Source: Malacoraja senta
Lineage: Eukaryota
Assembly: GCA_038087875.1 (NCBI GenBank)
Contig: CM075990.1
Span: 8,062,001 to 8,126,000, forward strand
Length of the DNA: 64,000 nt
Direction of reading: 5' to 3'
Within the stretch, counting starts at the first letter, position 1, and every line of letters begins with the position of its first letter. The translations under genes were made by a program, and so were the position numbers. The notes below the pieces were generated by a model. It ran no database searches. It had not been told where the DNA came from and saw only the letters and a program-made list of their open reading frames with translations. This document shows positions 1 to 14,790 of the stretch, in pieces.

Positions 1-689
1 TGTCATGATTTTGCACACCTCAATCAAAACCCATCCAATTGCACTTTCAATTAGGTTAAATCTGCACTCACATGGTGCTTGACTGTCAGAGGGAATGGGT
101 TGTTATTATGTTGCTAAGGCCATTAATAAGCTTTGAACATATCTATAAAGTTTTCCCTTATCCATTTCTGTTTTAATGTGAACAAACCCAAAGTGTTAAT
201 TCCACGTTCCTGATGTCCAACAGAACTGATTCCATTCTGGTAAGATTTTTCAAGAATCCTTCTAAAGGAGTGCCTGGATTTAGACTGATTAGATTTAGAC
301 TGTTCCAACTGTGTTCTCGCTGGTTATTGATTATTTTTAAATAGCACAATTTTATACTTTATATATATTATGCTTTTATATATTATATGTCACTGCTTAT
401 GCAGCCAACGAGCCCGTTTACTCTTGAAGGAGTCTTTACAATTTCCCGTCACCTTCACGGAATGTGCATTTTCTTCCAACAATCTCTGCACCTGCACCAT
501 CTCAAATTTTTTGATTTATATTCTGTTTTCCCCATACTCTCTTTCAAAGTATATTACTTCAAACTTCTCTGCATTAAATTTCATCTGCCGTGAGTCTTTC
601 TTTTATTTCACCTATATCTTGCATCTAGGATCATCAACTCTCCCCTCCCCTCAATCCATTCCATTTACCTCCAACGTACCTCAAAACGG

Positions 690-1058
690 GCAACAAAGAT
701 CATCTCGGACCCCTCCCATCCAGCAAACCACCTTTTCCAGTCTCTCCCTTCAGGGAGGCGCCTTAGGTCACTTGCTACAAAATCCACCCGTTTTAAAAAC
801 AGTTTCTTCCCCTCAGCAATAAGAACACTTAATTCCCTCCAATAACTTTTTGACTTTGATGTATACAGTGTCTTGTCTATGGTTTTTGTCTGTTCTTTTG
901 CACTATGTATTGTTGGTGAGATTTGTGATTTGTGATGTGCTTTATTATTATTGTTGTTAGTGTTAATGTGCTAAAGCAGTGCCATCATGTACCGAACCCA
1001 ATTACCACCAACCCTGGTCGTGTGGCAAATAAAGTTTCTATTCTATTCTATTCTATTC
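690..1058 (+). mobile_element. Rex1/Babar-like LINE 3' fragment
   Basis: Encodes DPSHPANHLFQSLPSGRRLRSLATKSTRFKNSFFPSAIRTLN, then a 3' UTR, AATAAA and a (TTCTA)n tail. Confidence 0.7.
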
Positions 1059-2358
1059 ATTCCTAATCCCAATTCCTGGGGGAAGACTGCTGTACAGTTT
1101 GAAAAAATATCTATTTTGCCACTACTTTCTATTCCTTAGTTAACTTCTAATGCTTTTTGCTGCTGTTCCTTTAACCTGATATAAGCTTCAATTTTGCTCA
1201 TAAATTCTTTGTGGTGTTTTACCAAATAACATTTTAAAACATCTCGCTGTAACATCAGTTGATATTATTGCTTTCATTACATTTTGTTTTGCTTTGAATG
1301 ATCCACATTTCTTCTCCTTTATTAACCTGGTCTAGACAAGGGACATTTCACTATGTCTCAGAGTATTGTCCCCGAAGGATTCCCATGACCAATATTTTGC
1401 TGCATGGTCTGCAATGAATCCAAACCATTGCCAATTCTCCCACCATCCAAATCCTTTGGCAGGAAGGATTTGGCAGGAGAATGGTGTTAGGAGGCAGCGG
1501 TAGATCAGCCATGATTGAATGGCAGAGTAGACTTGATGGGCCGAATGGCCTAATTCTGCTCTTATCACTTATGACCTTATTGAATAGGTCAGGTTGAAGG
1601 GCCTGTTTCCATGCTGTATTTCTAAATTAAATCGTGAAAAGCTATGAGAGCTCAAGGAGCAGACAGCCATATTTTGACGAGACATTTTACCACCTTCTGG
1701 ATAACAGATGGAGTGCAAATTGTTCTGATAGTGATTGTGCTATCCTCCGTTATACCTTCTCTGACCTACTTTTTCTTCCATTACTAAACCCATTGCCATC
1801 TGCTATCGATTTCACCATCTTTTCATTATTTCATCTTTCCTGCCTTCTTTCCCGTTTTCCCTTCCCCCTCCTCCGTTACTCATGAAGATATGAGCTAGGA
1901 ATAGGACCAGGACACTCTATCCTTGAGCTTGCTCTGCCCTTCAGTAAGATTACGTAGAATCATACATAGTCAGACAGTGTTGAAACAGGCCTGTGCACCC
2001 TTTCCAGCTAAACATCTTTCCTATACTAAGGTGGCCAAAACAAACTCAATACTCTAAATGTGGCCTCTCCAATGTCTTGTACATCTGTAACATTACCTCT
2101 CAACTTCCATACTCAATACTCTGACTGATGAAGGCCAATGTTTTGAAAGCCTTCTTGACCACCCTACATACCTGTGATGCCACTTTCAAGGAACTGTACC
2201 TGCACTCCTAGATTCCTGTGGTCCACAACACTCTCAAGTCCTGCCAATCATTCTGTAGGTCCTGCCTTGGTCAGTCTACCCAAATTGCAACAGCTCACAT
2301 TTCTCTGTATTAAACTCCCGTCAACCATTCCTCAGCCCAACTGATCAAGATCCTGCTG

Positions 2359-2639
2359 ACTGAAAATCGAATTAAGGATTAGATGAAAAGTTATATTTTA
2401 AAATTTACGAATTTATCTCCAATGTTGTACTTTTAGTAATTTATTCCATTCTTCTTTATCATGTTTTTTTTCCCTTCTTTCTTTTATTCTCTTATTTTCT
2501 ACCCATATTAAAAAATATATATATATACTAGAAGCAGAGTTAATATCAATCGATAATATTAGTAATGTAGCAATGATATACATGAAATGTTTTCAATATG
2601 ATATGTACCTGCCTCTAATAAAAATATTACTTAAAACAA
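2359..2639 (+). mobile_element. AT-rich LINE (L1-like) 3' UTR fragment with 12-bp TSD
   Basis: AAGATCCTGCTG (2347-2358) and AAGATCCCGCTG (2640-2651), with AATAAA and an A-rich end. It interrupts an older CR1 remnant. Confidence 0.65.
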
Positions 2640-4272
2640 AAGATCCCGCTGCAATTTTTATGGCTGTTCTGGTTGTAAACTTGAGTCGGCTTTCCTGTTT
2701 ACCTAGGGCAACCTATCCTATTCTGCAGGTATCTATGCACCACTACACTAACACTATTCATCGATTCCATGTCCCTTTGAAGAAGAGTTTCAAAGACTCG
2801 TATCCATCTGAGGAAATATTTTGCCACAACTGCCTTGTATGAAAGACCACTGATTTTTATAGTGTTTTCTTCTTTTAGATTCACCCACAGGAAGAAACAT
2901 TATCTCCTTAGTCACTCAATTAGTACATTTATTGCTTTTAAAGCTGGATGACTAACCTTTTCCAGTTCTGAATTCAATAATCAATAAATCTGAAATTTTC
3001 CTTTAAACCCCTCTATCACTGCTGCCTGAGTTGTAATGTATTTATAGTATGTGCTGTTATAAATGGGACTTTTCCACAAAGATAGGTTTAAATTTATTAG
3101 CAGTCAGGACAGGCCATTGGAAACTTTTTCCCAGGGTGGGAATGTCAAAAGGGCATTGTTTTAAAGTCAGAGGGACAAAATTGAGAGGAGCTGTTTAGTT
3201 TAGAGATGCAACATGGAAATAACGCTTCAGTTCACTGAGTGCACACTGATCATTGAACACCCATTCACATTATTTCAATGTTATCCCACTTACTCATGTA
3301 CTTACTCATGTACATTAGGGGCAATTTTTACAGGAGCCAATTAATCTTCAAACTTGAAAGTCTTTGTGTGCACCTGGAAATTTGCTGGATCACAGGGAGA
3401 ACTTGCAAACTCCATACAGACAGCACCTGAGATCACGATCGATGTGAGGGGCAAGGTTTTTTTTTTTTACAGAGTCGTGGGTGCCTGGAATTTGCAGCCT
3501 GCGTGATGGTGGAGAGAGATATGGGAGTAACATTTGTCAAGAGAGAGTTAGATACAGCTCTTGGGGTGAATGGAATCAAGAGATATGGGGAGAAAGCAGG
3601 GGAGAAAATCATGGCTATTTTGGATGATCAGCCATGATCATATTGAATTGAGGTGATGGCTCGATAGGCCAAATGGCCTGCTCCTGCACTTATTTTCTAT
3701 GTTAAAGGCTTTTAGACGGGCACATGGATATGCATAGAATGATATGGATTTATGTGCAGGCAGAGGAGATTAGTTTAAATTGGCCTTCTGTTGAGCAAGG
3801 ACATCGTGGGCCAAATGGGCTGTTCTAATAGATGTGTTTGGCTATCTATCAGTGGCTGCATTGTTTTCTGTAATCAAAGTCTTGCTGGAGTAAAATGATT
3901 TCAATGGGAAGCATCTGAAACTAGGACAACCCAGGGACTTAAAATAAAATGTAAAAGTCAGAGTTCATTTCACGTGTTCCTTTGCTGTGCATCTTTCTAA
4001 TATGTGGCAGTGTGATGTGACGATGACTTGAGGTAAACTAAACCCCAACTAGTTTCTTTCAGCTGCTGAGTGAACATTTCTGCAGCACCTATTCACAGTA
4101 ATGAAACACTCTGAAGTGCAGTGACTTTTGTTTCATGCCTGCTGCATATTGCCAACAATCTTTTATTTCAGATTGTTAGTAACTGTTGTGTTCTGCCTCT
4201 CGCCCCTCTGGGAATGTTTTCCTTTGTTTTCAATTTTCTCCCTGGTTGCCCTCGTTCACCCATTAACTGGAA

Positions 4273-4541
4273 AGTTTAGTTTATGGAAACTGGCCTTTCG
4301 GCCCATCTAGTCTGTGCCGACCAGCAATCATGAGTGCACTAGTTCTATCTTGCACTCTAGGGGCGATTTTAGCAAGCTCCAAACCTGCATGTCTTTGGAA
4401 TGTGGGGGGAAACCGGAGCACCTGGTGGAAACCCACACTGTCACAGAGATAATGTACAAACTCAGTACAGACGGCGCCCGTGGTCAGGATCGAACCTGGG
4501 TCTCTGGCGCTGTAGGGCAGAAACTCTACCTCTGCCGCCCC
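4273..4541 (-). mobile_element. HE1/V-SINE-type tRNA-derived SINE
   Basis: Reverse complement has a GGTTCGATCC B-box, a central domain and a (TAAAC)n tail, as in other copies. Confidence 0.8.
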
Positions 4542-7311
4542 AAAGCTTAAAGGTGTGTGTAACCGCAGGCTCCACAGCAACACAGACCTTCCCATCAATG
4601 CCCCCCCTCCCTCCTCTCACACTTAGCTATTCACTTCTCCAGTTCTGATGGAGAGTCATTGTCCGTAAACATTAACACTGTCTCACTGCTGATGCTGCCT
4701 GATCCTGTTTTTTTATTTTTCATACTACTTTGATGACTGAGAATAAGGCCACTCAGCCCATCAAGTTAATGCCACCGCTCAAAGCAATCCTATCCATTCT
4801 ATTCTCATTTTTTAATTCCCAGTGACCTCCTCATTCTCAACTATAACAATGCCCTTGATTCTTCTACTCCCCACTACACTCAGTGCAATTTACAGTGAGC
4901 GGTTAACTTACCAATTCGCACGTCTTTGGGATGAAATAGAGCACCTTGGGGAAACCCATGTGGTCACAGGGAGAACGGGCAAAGTCCACACATAGACAAT
5001 ACGAGACCAAGACCAGGCTCAGATTGAAGCTGGACTAGAGACACCGTGTGGCAACAGCACTGCCTGCCTGGCCACTGTACTAATCAAAGATTGCAGACTT
5101 CCACTGCCTGCTGGTTTTTTGCATCCTGGTTTTGCATGTGGCAATCCAGATTCAGAGTTCAATTGGAGTGATGTTTCAATTCTAAAACTACTGAATCATG
5201 CTACGGAACTGAACTGGTACTGATAATGAATTCATTCCTCTACTTTGACAAAGGCTTTAACCTGTTACAATGACCAACAATTGGACATGGTAATTACATT
5301 TAAACTTAAGTTAAGCTTCAGCCCAACATTCAATGTCATTGAATAAAGTTGATGCCGCAAAGTTGAACAAGATGGCGGCCAATGCTGCCTTTGTGTAACC
5401 TACACTGTTCAACTTGGTATGATTGTGCTGAATCTACAGTAAGTTTGTCACTAAACTATGCAAAAAATAATTTCACTATACCTCGGTAAATGTGACAATA
5501 ACGTATCATTGATTGAGGATTCTTCCTATTTTCAATGACCATTAGTGGTGATGTTACTAATTCAAACCAGGCCAAGATGGTGCTGAAGCATGGCAACTCT
5601 TTGGGCACTGGTCCCAGGATCATTCGATACAATCATTATGCTCGTTTAAATCTCTATTCCATTTGGAAATCTATGAGGATTTCTAGCTGAACTCTTCTGC
5701 TACTTTTTTTCTCTTTGCTCTACCTCTTGTATCAGTGTTTGGCATGACTGTATTTCATGTGTAGATTAGTTTTATTTCATTTGATAGCACACAAATAAAA
5801 GCTTTCCATGGTACCTTGGTGCAGGTGACAATAATATACAAGATCATACAGGAACTATTTTAAATATCCAGGAATGTGCATCTGATTCATTGAGGCGAGC
5901 TTATTTTTGAAAACAATTACCAGGTATTTGGCTGTGCCACATATTTACTCAAAACACATTTTGTTTGGTCCTCAATTCATTTGGTTGAAAGCTCAGATTT
6001 GATTTCCTTTTTTTAACTAGAGATTTTACCTTTTTATTGAACATTGATTTTAAATCCAAAGGACTCCTGTGTGTGTGTGTGTGATTATGGGTACTAACTC
6101 ACATTGGACAATATTGGTGGCCTGACTCTTGCAATGATATACCATATTTATTGAGGATTTCTCTGCTAAACTTTCTTGTTAATGCACAAGGACACGTTCT
6201 CAAAGTGTTCAGTTTGTTAATTTGAGATGCCAGTGAATTTACATGAGCTCTGTGATCTCTCTAAAACTGCTCTGAAATTATTACTGCTTAGGAGCCAGAA
6301 TCTATGGCTAAATAATAAATTGTTAAGCTTGTTATAATATTTAATATAGTTCTCGGTATAATATACAATGAAGCTAGCTTCTGGAGAGGTATACAGCATG
6401 CTAAAATTTATGTTCAGACTCCAGTCTGTTTTGGAACAAAAGTGATTATTAATCAAGAATTGTGCATGTGCTGACCTTGGTGCAATTAGTTATTGGTTCA
6501 TTAATTGTTTTTCCACGGAGCAGGGGTTGTTATTGACAGCGTCTGTTTGTAATGCCGGTGGTGTCCTTGAGTAAGGCTGGGGCTTCTACTGCTAATCTCC
6601 ATCTCTGGAATTCTTGCCAACTCAGGTGATTCTTGTGCCATCTCGCACTGCCAGAGCCCTTGACAGAATCAGTTATGCGTGCTCATCACTCGCTGTGGTA
6701 TGTTCATTGGACGCACTGATGAGTGGAAGCCATTAAAGGCTCCTTTCAAGCTATCACTTCACTCTTGGATGCTTTTTACTGTGCTGGAGCTGATGGTTCA
6801 TCTTCCCACTAATTCTGTTAGCTCAGGAGTTCCCCATTCTGCCTTTGCACGCTCTGCTCCTTCTCTGTATCAATGGCTTCCACTCACCATTGCTTCCACA
6901 TCGTTCCTGGTGACTTACAAATTCCAGCCTCCTTGTTCTGCATCAGCTGAAGCAGTTTGTCTCCGTTCCAACACCTCGCTTCCCCACGTCGCAATGTTTA
7001 TTTCCATGGTGGCAAATATTCAATGAAAACTCCAGCAAAACATAGTGACTCGCTCAATTTTGTACGCTTAAATTCATATTTCAACTTCGTGCCACAACTT
7101 GAAGATACAAACTGTTTCAAGCAGAAAGTGAGGGCCAATAAAATAAAATGATTAGTGACACTTGATGTGTTGGAATCTCAAGTGGTCTTGACGTGTAAAT
7201 GTACGTTTAACGATGCAAGGTAAACTTTAACTAAACATTAGTGTTGCTTCCTCAGTAAAAGGTGTCGATGTGGTTAGGTTTGAACATTCTGCAGAGGCGA
7301 ATAATGGATAC

Positions 7312-7614
7312 AGTTTTAGAGATACAGTGCAGAAAGAAGCACTTCGGCCCACCGAATCCGCACCGACCGGTGATCCCCATACATTAACACTATCCTATAC
7401 CCACTAGGGACAATTTACAGTCATACCAAGCCAATTAACTGACAAATCTGTGCGTCTTTGGAGAGTGGGAGAAAACTCTTGGAGAAAACCCAGGCGGTCA
7501 CGGGGAGAACGCACAAACTATGTACAGACATCGCCCGTAGTCAGGATCAAACACGAGTCTCTGGCGCTGTAAGCACTGTAGGCAGCAACTCTACCGCTGC
7601 TCCACTGTGCCGCA
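7312..7614 (-). mobile_element. HE1/V-SINE-type SINE
   Basis: Aligns with the + strand copies at 29778 and 46370. Confidence 0.85.
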
Positions 7615-8612
7615 CAAGGTGATTAAAATCTGACCCACTCAGCAATGTGAAAAACATCTCGTGGTCGGGAAGGAAGGTGGAAGAGAAGGGGAAATGGGAT
7701 TCATTTAAGAAACAGCTGGATGCTTTGGGTAGACTTATGCCAAGGTTAGTTTACTGTAACAGTTCAAGTGGACTGAAAGGGCTTCCTCGTCTGGCCTGAA
7801 GTACTCAACACCTTCCTGTCCTAATGAGAATGAATAACCTTAGGTAAATGTATTCAGAAAAACAATGTATTTAATATGATTGTCTGTCACAAAGTGAGTA
7901 TGTCATCAGATGTGATTTATGTACCACTTTGAGCTGGATAATAATTCACTCACAATGAGTAGCACATGTGAACTATGCAGTCAGTGTCATGAATAGAATG
8001 TAAATCAGACTGGATAGCTGCCCTCAACGTATCCTTTATTTATTTTTTCCTTATCTCTGCAGATTTGATTACTTTCACCTCCTGCGCTGGATGGCGATCA
8101 ATTGTAAATCTTACTAAAAGCTAATGGGTTTTTTTGGTGCAATGGTGATTTAAAAAAAAAAAAAAGATGTTGAGCCTCTGTATAGTTGTGACATGTACTC
8201 TAATTAATTGTGAAAAGTAAAGTAAATGCACTGCATAATCTGCAAGGTCTTCAGCTATTCATGGCTTGTTAAATATCACTGCTTTTTACATTCTGGTTGC
8301 AGGCAGACATTAGCTGTGTCCTTTAGTGCAGAAGTATGCTCTCAAACTCCCAGTCCCGTGAGTTTACCGTGGCAGCAGCAATTCTACTGTCCTTTTCACC
8401 ACTGGTCTGCAGGTAGACATCAATCAACTACAGAAATGGATTTTTCCATCTCTACCAAATCTCAAGTTAATGTCTAAATAATGAGCATGGATTAACGGCA
8501 CCCATTCCTTCTCTCCAGAGATGCTGCCTGCCCGCTGAGTTACTCCAACATTTTGTGTCTATCTTTGGTTTAAGCCAGCATCTGCAATTCCTTCCTACAC
8601 ATAAGCATGGAT

Positions 8613-8838
8613 TAGTTTAGTTTAGAGATACAGTGCGGAAATAGGACCTTTGGCCCATCGCGTCCGCACTGACCAGCGATTCCCCGCGCATTAACACTAT
8701 TCTACACACACCAGGGACAATTTACACTTATACCAAGCCAATTAACCTGCAAACCCGCGCGTCTTTGGAGTGTGGGAGGGAACTGACGATCCCGGTTGAA
8801 ACCCACGCAGTCACAGGGAGAATGTACAAACTCCGTAA
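8613..8838 (-). mobile_element. HE1/V-SINE-type SINE, 5'-truncated
   Basis: (GTTTA)n tail and body of the same family; tRNA head missing. Confidence 0.8.
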
Positions 8839-10267
8839 CAACTCCTCCGTAATATCCGAACACCCCTAATGTGAAAATTATGTGAAATTGAATAAAGCCC
8901 CTCTGATAACTTAGGTTTGAATACCTTAAAGGAAATAAAACTACAACTTGGTTAGCATGGACATGTTGGGCCGAAAGGCCTGTTTCAGCCTTGACCTTAT
9001 GACTCTATAACAAGCGAAAATGTCGAGTGATATGCTCTTATTGCAGAATATTCCTTTTGATTTCCTCATTGATTTTTGCTGCATCTTCTCGGTCTTGCTG
9101 AAACTGTCTTGAGCAAGTTCCAATTCTAGATTACCAATCACAACCTGAATCTCCCATTGGCAGCTCCAGGTGAAAGTGTAAGCAGAGTTTTGATACTCCC
9201 ACCTGAATGTAGAAGTCCTGAGCTTCCACACAATTGATCCCTGGGGTCTTGCTGATTCCAACAAACTGATGATCCTCCAGGAATACATGTGTTTGCAAGG
9301 ATTCCCCTGTGTCAATCTGTACAAACAATGAACACTTAATTTTCTTTTTTTGCAGCAAACATGGATCACTTGAATTTGTTGAATTGTTTAATTATTTGTG
9401 CTTGCCATTTTCATCTTAATAATTTTATTTTAAAAGTTTCAGGAAGCATGTTTAATATATAATATTTTTTAATGTAAATATGAATGTTGAAGGCATTCAT
9501 AGATATTCAAGTTCTTTGATGGCGTTGATAAGAGGTTTCAGTTGAGTTTATTGTCACGTGTACTGAGGTACAGTGAAAAGTTTTTGCTGTGCGCTAACCA
9601 GCCAACGGAAAGACAATACATGATTACAATCGAGCCATTTACAGAGTATGGATACATGATAAGGGAATAACATTCAGTGCAAGGTAAACCTAGCAAAATC
9701 CAATCAAAGATAGTCCGAGTGTCACCAATGAGGTAGATAGTATTTCAGGACTGCTCTCTAGTTGGGAGAGCGGAGATAAGGGAGCGGCCAAGGTGCGACT
9801 TGTCCTTGATTAGGCTGCTGGCCTTGCCAAGGCAGCGTGAGGTATAAATGGAGGTGAGGTTTAACCAGGTAGCAAATCAATTCTGTGGGTGGGACTTGTT
9901 GAGGTCCCACCCTATGATGCTGGGATTGGCGTGATTTAGTGGGCTGGGTTTCCTCTAGGTAACATCATGTTTTGTAATTGTGGATATAGATGACTCATCT
10001 GTCAGGTGAAGATGAGTGTACTAGTGTTTCACGTGTTGCATGGCAAAGAATCAAAACTGGATCCATCTTATTTAGGATTAAAATCAAGATGCTTTTTTCT
10101 GCATGCAAAGGCTAAGTGAAAGGTTCAACTTCTTCCTAAAGGTGGTAGATATTTGGGGTCCATTGAAACTGAGGTTAGCCGACTGGGTCCGATGAAAGGA
10201 TGTAAAGCAACAAGGGTTAATGAGACTGAGGTACACATCAGCCTTGATCTAACTTAATGGCAAGACT

Positions 10268-10560
10268 GGTGCATGGCAGTTCAGTGGTAGAGTTGCTGCC
10301 TTACTGCGCCAGAGACCCGGGTTCAATCCTGACCACGGATTCTGCCCGTACGGATTCTCCCTGTGACCCTATGGGGTTTTCACCAGGTTTCCTCCCACAC
10401 CCCAAAGACGTACAGGTTTGTAGATTAATTGTCTTTGGTAAAGTTATAAATTGTCCTGAGTGTGTGTGTGTAGGATAGGATAGTGTTAGTGTGCGGGGAT
10501 CGCTGGTCGGCGCGGGCTGATGGGGCCTGTTTCCGCGCTGTATGTCCTGACGAAACTAAA
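10268..10560 (+). mobile_element. HE1/V-SINE-type SINE
   Basis: A-box-like CAGTGGTAGAG, B-box GGTTCAATCC and an AAACTAAAC tail. Confidence 0.8.
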
Positions 10561-11778
10561 CAGTCATGAGCAGATAAATGTCAATCCTTTTCCTGTCGAC
10601 CTCTTCACTGAAAGTAGATTTTCTTTTCTATTTTTAGCCAAATGCATCACAGCACAGCACCCACGTAGATCTAGATATCTTGGTGGTTAAAGAGTTGTGT
10701 TAAAAAAAAAAAACGTGCAAACTGTGATAAATGAAACGAATAAGAGACAGATTTTCCATAATATATCATCTCTGTGTGTTGTCAATGTTCCAAAGCATTT
10801 CTTTTTGCAAAGTCTAACTGCGTCCAGAAGCACTGGTGCAGCGTGTCAGAAGCACCAAGATGAATGGCCGGCTTATTTATTGCAGTAACTGTTATCCCTG
10901 GGCACTTCATGAACATAAAACATTGTCGAAAGAAGCAGTCAGTTGGCTCCCTCATGACTGCTCTACCATTCAATCCAATTATGAACGATTTTTCACCTTG
11001 CCACGATTTTCCCGCACTAGTTCTGTACCCTTGATATCTCAATCTCTATCCTCAATGTGGGTTTTAATTTATGGATTTAATTTTTTTTAAATTTTGTTTT
11101 CTGTGAGTAATTACAGGCCTGTTATGCGCTGCCAGTAAAAATTTCATTGTTCTATTGTTTCATTTGACAGTCTTGACTTGATGTCCTCACTAAAAGTGTC
11201 CCCACAAACCTTCTGGGTGAAGATATTCTCCATCCTGAATGGCAACCCATGTATTTGGAGACCATGTCCCTTTGTTCTAGACACCCCCAAGTGTGTGGAA
11301 ACATTAATCTTACATCGATCGTGTCAATTGCATCCCTGTACATCGGCGAGACCAAGCACAGGCTCGACGATCGTTTCGCTCAACACCTCCGCTCAGACCG
11401 CCTCAACATATCTGATCTCCCAGTTGCTCAGCACTTTAACTCCCCCTCCCATTCCCACACTGACCTTTCTGTCCTGGGCCTCCTCCACTGTCCGAGTGAG
11501 GCCCAGTGCAAATTGGAGGAACAGCACCTCATATTTTGTTTGGGCAGCTTACGCCCCAGCGGTACGAACATTGACTTATCTAACTTAATGTAACCCTTGC
11601 TTTCCCTCTCTCTCCATCCCCTCCCCCTTCACAATTCTCTGACCAGTGTTACTGTCTCCGATTACATTTTATCTCTGTTTGCTTTACATAGAAACATAGA
11701 AACATAGGTGCAGGAGTAGGCCATTCGGCCCTTCGAGCCTGCACCGCCATTCAATATGATCATGGCTGATCATCCAAC

Positions 11779-14776
11779 TCAGTATCCTGTACCTGCTTTC
11801 TCTCCATACCCCCTGATCCCTTTAGCCACAAGGGCCACATCTAACTCCCTCTTAAATATAGCCAATGAACTGGCCTCAACTACCTTCTGTGGCAGAGAAT
11901 TCCAGAGATTCACCACTCTCTGTGTGAAAAATGTTTTCCTCATCTCGGTCCTAAAAGATTTCCCCCTTATCCTTAAACTGTGACCCCTTGTTCTGGACTT
12001 CCCCAACATCGGGAACAATCTTCCTGCATCTAGCCTGTCCAACCCCTTAAGAATTTTGTACGTTTCTATAAGATCCCCCCTCAATCTTCTAAATTCTAGC
12101 GAGTACAAACCGAGTCTATCCAGTCTTCATATGAATGTCCTGACATCCCAGGAATCAGTCTGGTGAACCTTCTCTGTACTCCCTCTATGGCAAGAATGTC
12201 TTTCCTCAGATTAGGAGACCAAAACTGTACGCAATACTCCAGGTGTGGTCTCACCAAGACCCTGTACAACTGCAGTAGAACCTCCCTGCTCCTATACTCA
12301 AATCCTTTTGCTATGAATGCTAACATACCATTCGCCTTCTTCACTGCCTGCTGCACCTGCATGCCTACTTTTAATGACTGGTGTACCATGACACCCAGGT
12401 CTCGTTGCATCTCCCCTTTTCCTAATCGGCCACCATTCAGATAATAGTCTACTTTCCTGTTCTTGCCACCAAAGTGGATAACCTCACATGTATCCACATT
12501 ATACTGCATCTGCCATGCATTTGCCCACTCACCCAGCCTATCCAAGTCACCTTGCAGCCTCCGAGCATCCTCCTCACAGCTAACACTGCCCCCCAGCTTC
12601 GTGTCATCCGCAAACCTGGAGATGTTGCATTCAATTCCCTCGTCCAAATCATTAATATATATCGTAAATAGCTGGGGTCCCAGCACTGAGCCTTGCGGTA
12701 CCCCACTAGTCACTGCCTGCCATTGTGAAAAGGACCCGTTTACTCCTACTCTTTGCTTCCTGTCTGCCAGCTAGTTCTCTATCCACATCAATACTGAACC
12801 CCCAATACCGTGTGCTTTAAGTTTGTATACTAATCTCTTATGTGGGACCTTGTCGAAAGCCTTCTGAAAGTCCAGATATAACACATCCACTGGTTCTCCC
12901 TTATCCACTCTACTAGTTACATCCTCTAAAAATTCTATAAGATTCGTCAGACATGATTTACCTTTCATAAATCCATGCTGACTTTGTCCAATGATTTCAC
13001 CACTTTCCAAATGTGCTGCTGTCCCATCTTTAATAACTGACTCTAGCAGTTTCCCCACTACCGACGTTAGACTAACTGGTCTGTAATTCCCCGTTTTCTC
13101 TCTCCCTCCCTTTTTAAAAAGTGGGGTTACATTAGCTACCCTCCAATCCTCAGGAACTACTCCAGAATCTAAAGAGTTTTGAAAAATTATCACTAATGCA
13201 TCCACTATTTCTGGGGCTACTTCCTTAAGTACTCTGGGATGCAGCCTATCTGGCCCTGGGGATTTATCAGCCTTTAATCCATTCAATTTACCTAACACCA
13301 CTTCCCGGCTAACCTGGATTTCACTCAGGTCCTCCATCTCATTTGACCCCCGGTCCCCTGCTATTTCCGGCAGATTATTTATGTCTTCCTTAGTGAAGAC
13401 AGAACCAAAGTAGTTATTCAATTGGTCTGCCATGTCCTTGTTCCCCATGATCAATTCACCTGTTTCTGACTGCAAGGGACCTACATTTGTTTTCACTAAT
13501 CTTTTTCTCTTCACATATCTATAAAAGCTTTTGCAGTCAGTTTTTATGTTCCCTGCCAGTTTTCTTTCATAATCTATTTTCCCTTTCCTAATTAAGCCCT
13601 TTGTCCTCCTCTGCTGGACTGAATTTCTCCCAGTACTCTGGTAGGCTGCTTTTTCTGGCTAATTTGTATGCTTCATCTTTTGTTTTGATACTATCCCTGA
13701 TTTCCCTTGTTATCCATGGATGCACTACCTTCCCTGATTCATTTTTTTGCCAAACTGGGATGAACAATTGTTGTAGTTCATCCATGCAGTCTTTAAATGC
13801 CTTCCATTGCATATCTACCGTCAACCCATTAAGAATCAATTGCCAATCTATCTTGGCCAATTCACGTTTCATATCCTCAAAGTTACCTTTCTTTAAGTTC
13901 AGGACCCTTGTTTCTGAATTAACAATGTCACTCTCCATCCTAATGAAGAACTCAACCATATTATGGTCACTCTTCCCCAAGGGGCCACGCACAACAAGAC
14001 TGCTAACTAACCCTTCCTCATTACTCAATACCCAATCTAGAATAGCCTGCTCTCTCGTTGGTTCCTCTACATGTTGGTTTAGAAAACTATCCCGCATACA
14101 TTCCAAGAAATCCTCTTCCTCAGCACCCTTGCCAATTTGATTCTCCCAATCTATATGTAGATTGAAGTCACCCATTATAACTGTTTTACCTTTGTTGTAT
14201 GCATTTCTAATTTCCTGTTTGATGCCATCCCCAACTCCACTACTACTGTTAGGTGGCCTGTACACAACTCCCACTAGCGTTTTCTGCCCCTTAGTGTTTC
14301 GCAGCTCTACCCATATCGATTCCACATCCTCCAAGCTAATGTCCTTCCTTTCTATTGCGTTAATCTGCTCTCTAACCAGCAACACTACCCCACCTCCTTT
14401 CCCTTTCTGTCTATCCCTCCTGAATATTGAATATCCCTGGATGTTCAGCTCCCAGCCTTGGTTACCCTGGAGCCATGTCTCCGTGATCCCAACTATATCA
14501 TAGTCATTAATAGCTATCTGCACATTCAACATCCACCTTATTACGAATGCTCCTTGCATTGAGACACAAAGCCTTCACAAAACTCTTACCGCTTATACAA
14601 TTATGTTGAAAAGTGGCCCTTTTTGATTTTTGCCCTGGATTTGTCTGCCTGCCACCTTTACTTTTCACCTTGCTACCTATTGCTTCCACCCTCATTTTAC
14701 AACCCTCTGTCTCTACGCTCACACATTTAAGAAACCCTTTCCCTTTAACTCCATCGTCAACTATCCCATTCGACAC
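11779..14776 (-). pseudogene. CR1 ORF2 (endonuclease + reverse transcriptase) broken by frameshifts and a stop
   Basis: Fragments 14507..14776 (LNARSIRNK), 13588..14559 (GITETW, MGDFN, SDHN), 12771..13514 (YRPVSLTS, DFQKAFDKVPH), 12096..12713 (GVPQGSVLGP, FADD) and 11779..12108. The TAG at 12771-12773 replaces the TGG seen in the second copy. Confidence 0.92.
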
Positions 14777-14790
14777 CCCATCCCCCTTAT

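Noticed and set aside
123..308. 61-aa minus-strand ORF
   Set aside because: Degenerate CR1 C-terminal remnant (LGLFTL...ENFIDMFK), not a host exon.
8040..8125. Strong splice-acceptor-like site (ttttttccttatctctgcAG at 8061-8062) followed by short frames ending in stops
   Set aside because: Could be a terminal or non-coding exon, but neither peptide (FDYFHLLRWMAINCKSY*, LITFTSCAGWRSIVNLTKS*) is recognisable and I found no partner exons. Needs RNA-seq.
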